Positions 59,810-64,000 of a stretch of DNA of 64,000 bases are shown one piece after another. The stretch is from NCBI GenBank assembly GCA_030867685.1, contig JAQOWU010000008.1, positions 3,906,001 through 3,970,000 of the forward strand, written 5' to 3'. Within the stretch, counting starts at the first letter, position 1. Each line of letters opens with the position of its first letter. The notes beneath the pieces are model-generated. The model made no database searches. It was not told the origin of the DNA and was given only the letters and a program-made list of their open reading frames with translations. Source of the DNA: Wickerhamiella versatilis (lineage: Eukaryota). Both the position numbers and the translations under genes were made by a program.

Positions 59810-60004
59810 AAGCGAGGCACCGGATTGTTTTCCACGGTACTAGAGGTTAAGCCTAGAGTAAATAAAAATCCATTACGATCAAATTTTTTAATGATAACAC
59901 GGCCAATTAAGCGCAAAGTGGGGCGACAACCCAAACCTCATAAATTCCAGGATTGCAATACTACTTTTTCGACTGTGCCTGCTGAGTCAACCACATATAC
60001 CATC

Positions 60005-60010
60005 ACGCGT
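60005..60010. promoter_or_regulatory. MCB element upstream of the B-type cyclin
   Basis: ACGCGT ending 18 bp before the ATG. Confidence 0.45.
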
Positions 60011-60027
60011 CCTCAAAATCAGCCTTA

Positions 60028-61110
60028 ATGGAGCAGACGCGGGTGCCAGTGCCCGAAATATGGCAAGATAGCGAGAATGTACAGCCTGATATGCAGCCAC
60101 CCGCTCGTGGCAAGATGTTGGGGAAGAGAGCCCCTTTGCAAGAAATGAGCAGTAATGCAACCTCACGGCCATTGTCCACACCGGTTGCCCCGGTATCACC
60201 GCAGTCAAGTCCACTCAGATATTTTGGCGACTCTAAGCGCCATAAGCCACAAGTGTCTCCAGAAATGCGTCGAATTCCCCTTATAACTAACGTCGAGCAT
60301 GTGGATCTTGAGGAGAGCGAACGCAGTGACCCCCAATTAATAACAGAGTATAGCTCTGAGATATTTGCCGACCTATATGAGAGGCAGGAGCGCTATGTTG
60401 TTGGGTCTGGGTACCTTGCAAGACAGCCCGATATCACATGGAAGATCAGGGGTATAGTGGTAGACTGGTTGGTTCACCTCCACTCCCGTGCACGAATGCT
60501 GCCGGAAACACTGTTCCTCGGTGTCAATATATTTGACAGATTCCTGTCACGGGAACGAGTTAGTCTTCATGACATACAGCTGGTGGGAATATCATCGCTC
60601 TATATTGCGGCTAAGTATGAGGAGGTCATGTGCCCAACAATTGATTGGATGAGTTCTGCAGGTAATTATTCTGATGAGGAGGTAAGAAAAATGGAATTGC
60701 AGGTTATACTGGCGATTGATTTTGATATTGGGTACGCAAACCCCTTGAATTTCTTACGTCGGGTTAACAAGGCCGATGGATACGATAGTGTGGTTCGTGC
60801 CATTGCAAAGTACTTGCTTGAACTGTCTTTATTTGACCAGAATCTTATGACCTATAGGCCGTCCGACACCGCTGCTGCAGCAATATACCTAGCTCGTGAG
60901 ATCCTTGGCTATGGAGAATGGAGCTCTGAACATATATTTTATTCCGGTGGGTGCACAGCAGAAGCTCTCAATAATATTACAAAGTACATGATACAGTTTC
61001 TTCAGGCCCCCTCGGTTTACAAGCATCTTGACCAGAAGTACTCTACATCAAAATCCTCTTATAAAGCAGCAATTATCTGCCGAAAATGGGCCCATGGTCT
61101 CTCTAATTAA
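60028..61110 (+). CDS. B-type cyclin (Clb family)
   Basis: D-box RAPLQEMSSN; cyclin box IRGIVVDWLV..PETLFLGVNIFDRFLS, YIAAKYEEV, NPLNFLRRVNKAD. Confidence 0.92.
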   Translation: MEQTRVPVPEIWQDSENVQPDMQPPARGKMLGKRAPLQEMSSNATSRPLSTPVAPVSPQSSPLRYFGDSKRHKPQVSPEMRRIPLITNVEHVDLEESERSDPQLITEYSSEIFADLYERQERYVVGSGYLARQPDITWKIRGIVVDWLVHLHSRARMLPETLFLGVNIFDRFLSRERVSLHDIQLVGISSLYIAAKYEEVMCPTIDWMSSAGNYSDEEVRKMELQVILAIDFDIGYANPLNFLRRVNKADGYDSVVRAIAKYLLELSLFDQNLMTYRPSDTAAAAIYLAREILGYGEWSSEHIFYSGGCTAEALNNITKYMIQFLQAPSVYKHLDQKYSTSKSSYKAAIICRKWAHGLSN

Positions 61111-61137
61111 TTTATTTATCTAATTTTTAGTCGTACT

Positions 61138-61638
61138 TCAAAGCTTTGTCCTCAGCCTATCGACGAGTATAGAAGGCTCGTAGTCTGTCCGCTGGCCCCG
61201 TCCAAAGGCCTGCATCTGGGCAATGTTACGGTCCTTTAACGTGAACATGCCCCTGACCTTCTCTGCAGCTTCCGATGTCTTTTGGGATTCTATGTCTTTG
61301 GCATTACGCGCTATGACATGGAAGTGGACATGGTAGACAACTTGCCCTGCGCTCGGACCATTGTTTTGAACAATATTGAAATCGGTCGATTGAGTGGATT
61401 CACACAACGCTTTCGCTATTTTGGGGAGAGCTGCACCTACAGCAGACATCACATCTGGAGGGGTATCTGTTACACGGGCAAAGTGCCTTCGCGGAATTAC
61501 AAGAACATGGGCCTTGGAGCTTACTAGAGGCTGGATATCCATAAAGCCTAAAACATCCTCGGTGCTATAAAAAACATCATCCTTAGTTACACCAGGAGGG
61601 TTTGCTGCAGCAATTTTGCAAAAAACACACTTCCCCAT
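61138..61638 (-). CDS. HNT1: HIT-family nucleotide hydrolase (Hnt1/HINT-like)
   Basis: CVFCKI, FMDIQP, HVLVIPRRH, QNNG..AGQVVYHVHFHVI histidine triad. Confidence 0.85.
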   Translation of the reverse strand: MGKCVFCKIAAANPPGVTKDDVFYSTEDVLGFMDIQPLVSSKAHVLVIPRRHFARVTDTPPDVMSAVGAALPKIAKALCESTQSTDFNIVQNNGPSAGQVVYHVHFHVIARNAKDIESQKTSEAAEKVRGMFTLKDRNIAQMQAFGRGQRTDYEPSILVDRLRTKL

Positions 61639-61713
61639 GCTTTGGTGGCTGCAGCGAGCTCAACTGGGATGGAGAGTGCTGACACAGATTGAACTCAGGC
61701 GAAATCTCGTACC

Positions 61714-62796
61714 ATGACTACGGGGGAACAAATCCCCGTAGACATAATGGAAACGGTAAAGCGTCTCCAATCACTTGATTTGGACACAAGCTCTCGAGAG
61801 AAGCCAAGCCCGAGGATCCAATTAAAGATGTCCCGTGATGAGTATATCCGAAAGCAAAATGCTGTATTCAGAGAAATGTCTGGGCAGCCGTCTTGGGGTG
61901 AAATGTGTTCCAAATTAACTCACGATCGGTCTATGGCATTCCCTGGTCTTGTGGAGTTTCTTCAATTATATGTGGCTTCGTTAGATGAAAGAATATATAC
62001 AGAGGTTGAAGCGCAGGAGGAAGCACAAAAGATTGTAGATAATGAACGTCAAATCTTATTGCAAAAATGGGAAAATAGCAGCAAAGAACCTCTTACCGCT
62101 TTTGAATGGCTTGCAGACCAGATGGCGCTGCTCCAGGGTGAATTTCTTCAGCTGAGAGCTGAAATTTCCGTTCTTACTGAGCAACGTAATGAATTGGAAA
62201 ATTTGCGGGCAGATATAAAGCGCAAATATGCATATGAACTCGCCAGAAGAATAAGATTGGAGCATGCTGTACTGATGTTGGGGCGACGTCTCCTAGCCGC
62301 TGACGCTGAGATAAAGGACAAGAACGAGAAACCCACCAACACAGAATCTCCTAAACTAGAAGCTGAAACTCCTGCGGATCGAGAATTTAGTACAGAGGCA
62401 CATCTCGACAACCTGGAAAAGATTCTTAATCTGCCTAATTCTAATGCATCACCCCAAGACCGTTTATCCGCTCTAATCCCATTGCTTGGTCCTAGAGTTG
62501 AATCCACCGTAACCGAAGTGCTCGAAGCGTCTCGAAAACAGTCAGATGAACGTGAAAAACAGCTACTGTCAGCGCTGGAAGAAGCTCAAGTAAGTGGTCA
62601 GATATATTTAGCACGAGCTGATAGGCTCACCTTACAGTGTGAAGCTCAGAGAAAGGAAATAGCAGCATTAGTGGAACGCTCTGCAGACCTAGCGATCACA
62701 GAAAAGGAATTGAGATCGGAAAATCAAGCGGTTAAGGGAGAACTACAAGATTTGAGAAATGTTTTGCTTAGCTTGTCATCATCAGATAAGTCTTAA
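61714..62796 (+). CDS. Hypothetical coiled-coil protein
   Basis: 360-aa ATG-initiated ORF rich in E/Q/K/L heptads that fills the space between HNT1 and RTC1; no family recognised. Confidence 0.75.
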   Translation: MTTGEQIPVDIMETVKRLQSLDLDTSSREKPSPRIQLKMSRDEYIRKQNAVFREMSGQPSWGEMCSKLTHDRSMAFPGLVEFLQLYVASLDERIYTEVEAQEEAQKIVDNERQILLQKWENSSKEPLTAFEWLADQMALLQGEFLQLRAEISVLTEQRNELENLRADIKRKYAYELARRIRLEHAVLMLGRRLLAADAEIKDKNEKPTNTESPKLEAETPADREFSTEAHLDNLEKILNLPNSNASPQDRLSALIPLLGPRVESTVTEVLEASRKQSDEREKQLLSALEEAQVSGQIYLARADRLTLQCEAQRKEIAALVERSADLAITEKELRSENQAVKGELQDLRNVLLSLSSSDKS

Positions 62797-62813
62797 TGTT
62801 TAAATTAATTATG

Positions 62814-64000
62814 TTAGAGCTTTTGGCCACAGCCTGCTGGGCACTCTTCCATTTTTGAATCATCGACCCACTCCCTCCAACATGTGCGATGGAGACGATG
62901 TCCACATTGCAACACAGTTACAGCCAGGCCACGAATCCCCCGATTGCAAAGTGCGCATCCATCGAGAACGTGACGACAATGAGAACAATACCAGAAGTAA
63001 TACTTAGTGTCATTTTTTGTGAGAAATGCTGCGTTGTCACTCAGGGATTCGCCACAGCGATTGCATACTGTATCTGGCGAGATCTCTGCAGTATCTGCCT
63101 CATACACCGGCTCTGCCCAGCCATAAGTGGCTCTTCTTAAGTTTGCCACGGGTACCCAACTGTGTTCTCGTCTCAACAATTCAGCCGTGCCTTGAATTAG
63201 ATCCTGGGAATTCATATCCTTTACCTCTGGGAAATCTCGAAAAATGGAAAGCAGAGCTGTTGCGGTTTGGGGGAGACCGGTGTGTATTGCATGTTCGAGT
63301 GAATTTCTATGCATGGGTAAAAAATTCCATGGTTCCTGTCTTTGGCGACAGAAATCCCAATATTGTGCTTCTATTTCCTCTGGACAGGCTTCATTCCTGG
63401 TCAACCACTTTTGGGCAAATGGAAGTTCCTCCTCACTCAATGTTGCCAAGAAGGAATTCTGCATCTCATCCAGGGTTACTGATAAAGCGAGCCATACCTG
63501 TGCCACCCTAAAACGTCTCACATCAGACGCAACCTGAGCGTTGTGGCGGCAGGCGTCAGCATAACTACCGTTCCTGCGATCCCAAATATAGTTCTCTGAG
63601 CAATATCGGTAGCTCTTGAGGTCATCCATAACCATCGGTATTTCCAGCATTGCAGATCTCAGCATTGGCATCTGCTGAGGCGTATCTTGTAACCCTGCTG
63701 TGCTAGCTCGATGGTGGTGACTTCCAGTTTGTTTCCCTCCTAAGCTCCACATGTGCTGAAGTTGCTCTATAGGAGGGGTTTCTTGCGGTGTAGCATAGTG
63801 AGAGCCTACAGAAGGCTCAGGAGTATCGCTAGGGGTTGAGGACGTAGAAAACATGCGTGGAGTTGGATGTGGATGAACGGAGGACGATCGGTGTGGCGCA
63901 GAAGATATTTGATGGGCGCCAACACCAGGAAATCCTACAGCCACAAGGTCCCAAGGGGTCCATTTCACCAGAGATGGTGCGAAGGACGAAAGTACCGAGG
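62814..64000 (-). CDS. RTC1: SEA/GATOR2 subunit Rtc1 (Sea2/WDR24), C-terminal part; truncated by the window edge
   Basis: CRHNAQVA...AQVW motif and C-terminal zinc/RING region FWYCSHC...CALC...CGHRLH..CW.EW...ECPAGCG; frame open to the end of the window. Confidence 0.82.
   Translation of the reverse strand, partial: SVLSSFAPSLVKWTPWDLVAVGFPGVGAHQISSAPHRSSSVHPHPTPRMFSTSSTPSDTPEPSVGSHYATPQETPPIEQLQHMWSLGGKQTGSHHHRASTAGLQDTPQQMPMLRSAMLEIPMVMDDLKSYRYCSENYIWDRRNGSYADACRHNAQVASDVRRFRVAQVWLALSVTLDEMQNSFLATLSEEELPFAQKWLTRNEACPEEIEAQYWDFCRQRQEPWNFLPMHRNSLEHAIHTGLPQTATALLSIFRDFPEVKDMNSQDLIQGTAELLRREHSWVPVANLRRATYGWAEPVYEADTAEISPDTVCNRCGESLSDNAAFLTKNDTKYYFWYCSHCRHVLDGCALCNRGIRGLAVTVLQCGHRLHRTCWREWVDDSKMEECPAGCGQKL

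Overview
Gene-dense, essentially intron-free fungal chromosome segment with about 40 CDS and intergenic gaps often under 150 bp. It looks like a Saccharomycotina yeast using CUG=Leu (RPS1 reads TCT CTG CAC GGT GAG, the conserved S/A-L-H-G-E). An early-diverging lineage such as Trichomonascaceae or the Wickerhamiella/Starmerella clade is my inference and is not established. Most genes are conserved housekeeping genes (SLH1, PMA1, RAD5, RPS1, MVD1, BOR1, COQ2, JIP5, SPE1, RPL38, ARG82, IZH3, MTR2, RPL13, TIP41, EMC2, CBP3, SLD2, LEA1, SNT2, TIF5, JSN1/PUF, ECL1, COP1, GRR1, a B-type cyclin, HNT1, RTC1). The standout is a free-standing 966-aa ORF (29368-32268). It has an N-terminal PCNA-interacting (PIP) box, an acidic tract, an apparently splicing-dead intein (Hint) shell, two LAGLIDADG motifs and three tandem Ash1-like zinc-finger modules. 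This is an HO/WHO-like architecture, but no FBA1 or MAT genes are in the window, and a ~34-bp repeat array lies upstream. Other points of interest: a lactonase + D-aminoacylase + YohF-like SDR mini-cluster with paired GATAAG sites, an Aspergillus-type H+-ATPase, and a frameshift in SNT2. All family assignments are from motif recognition and recall; no database searches were run.
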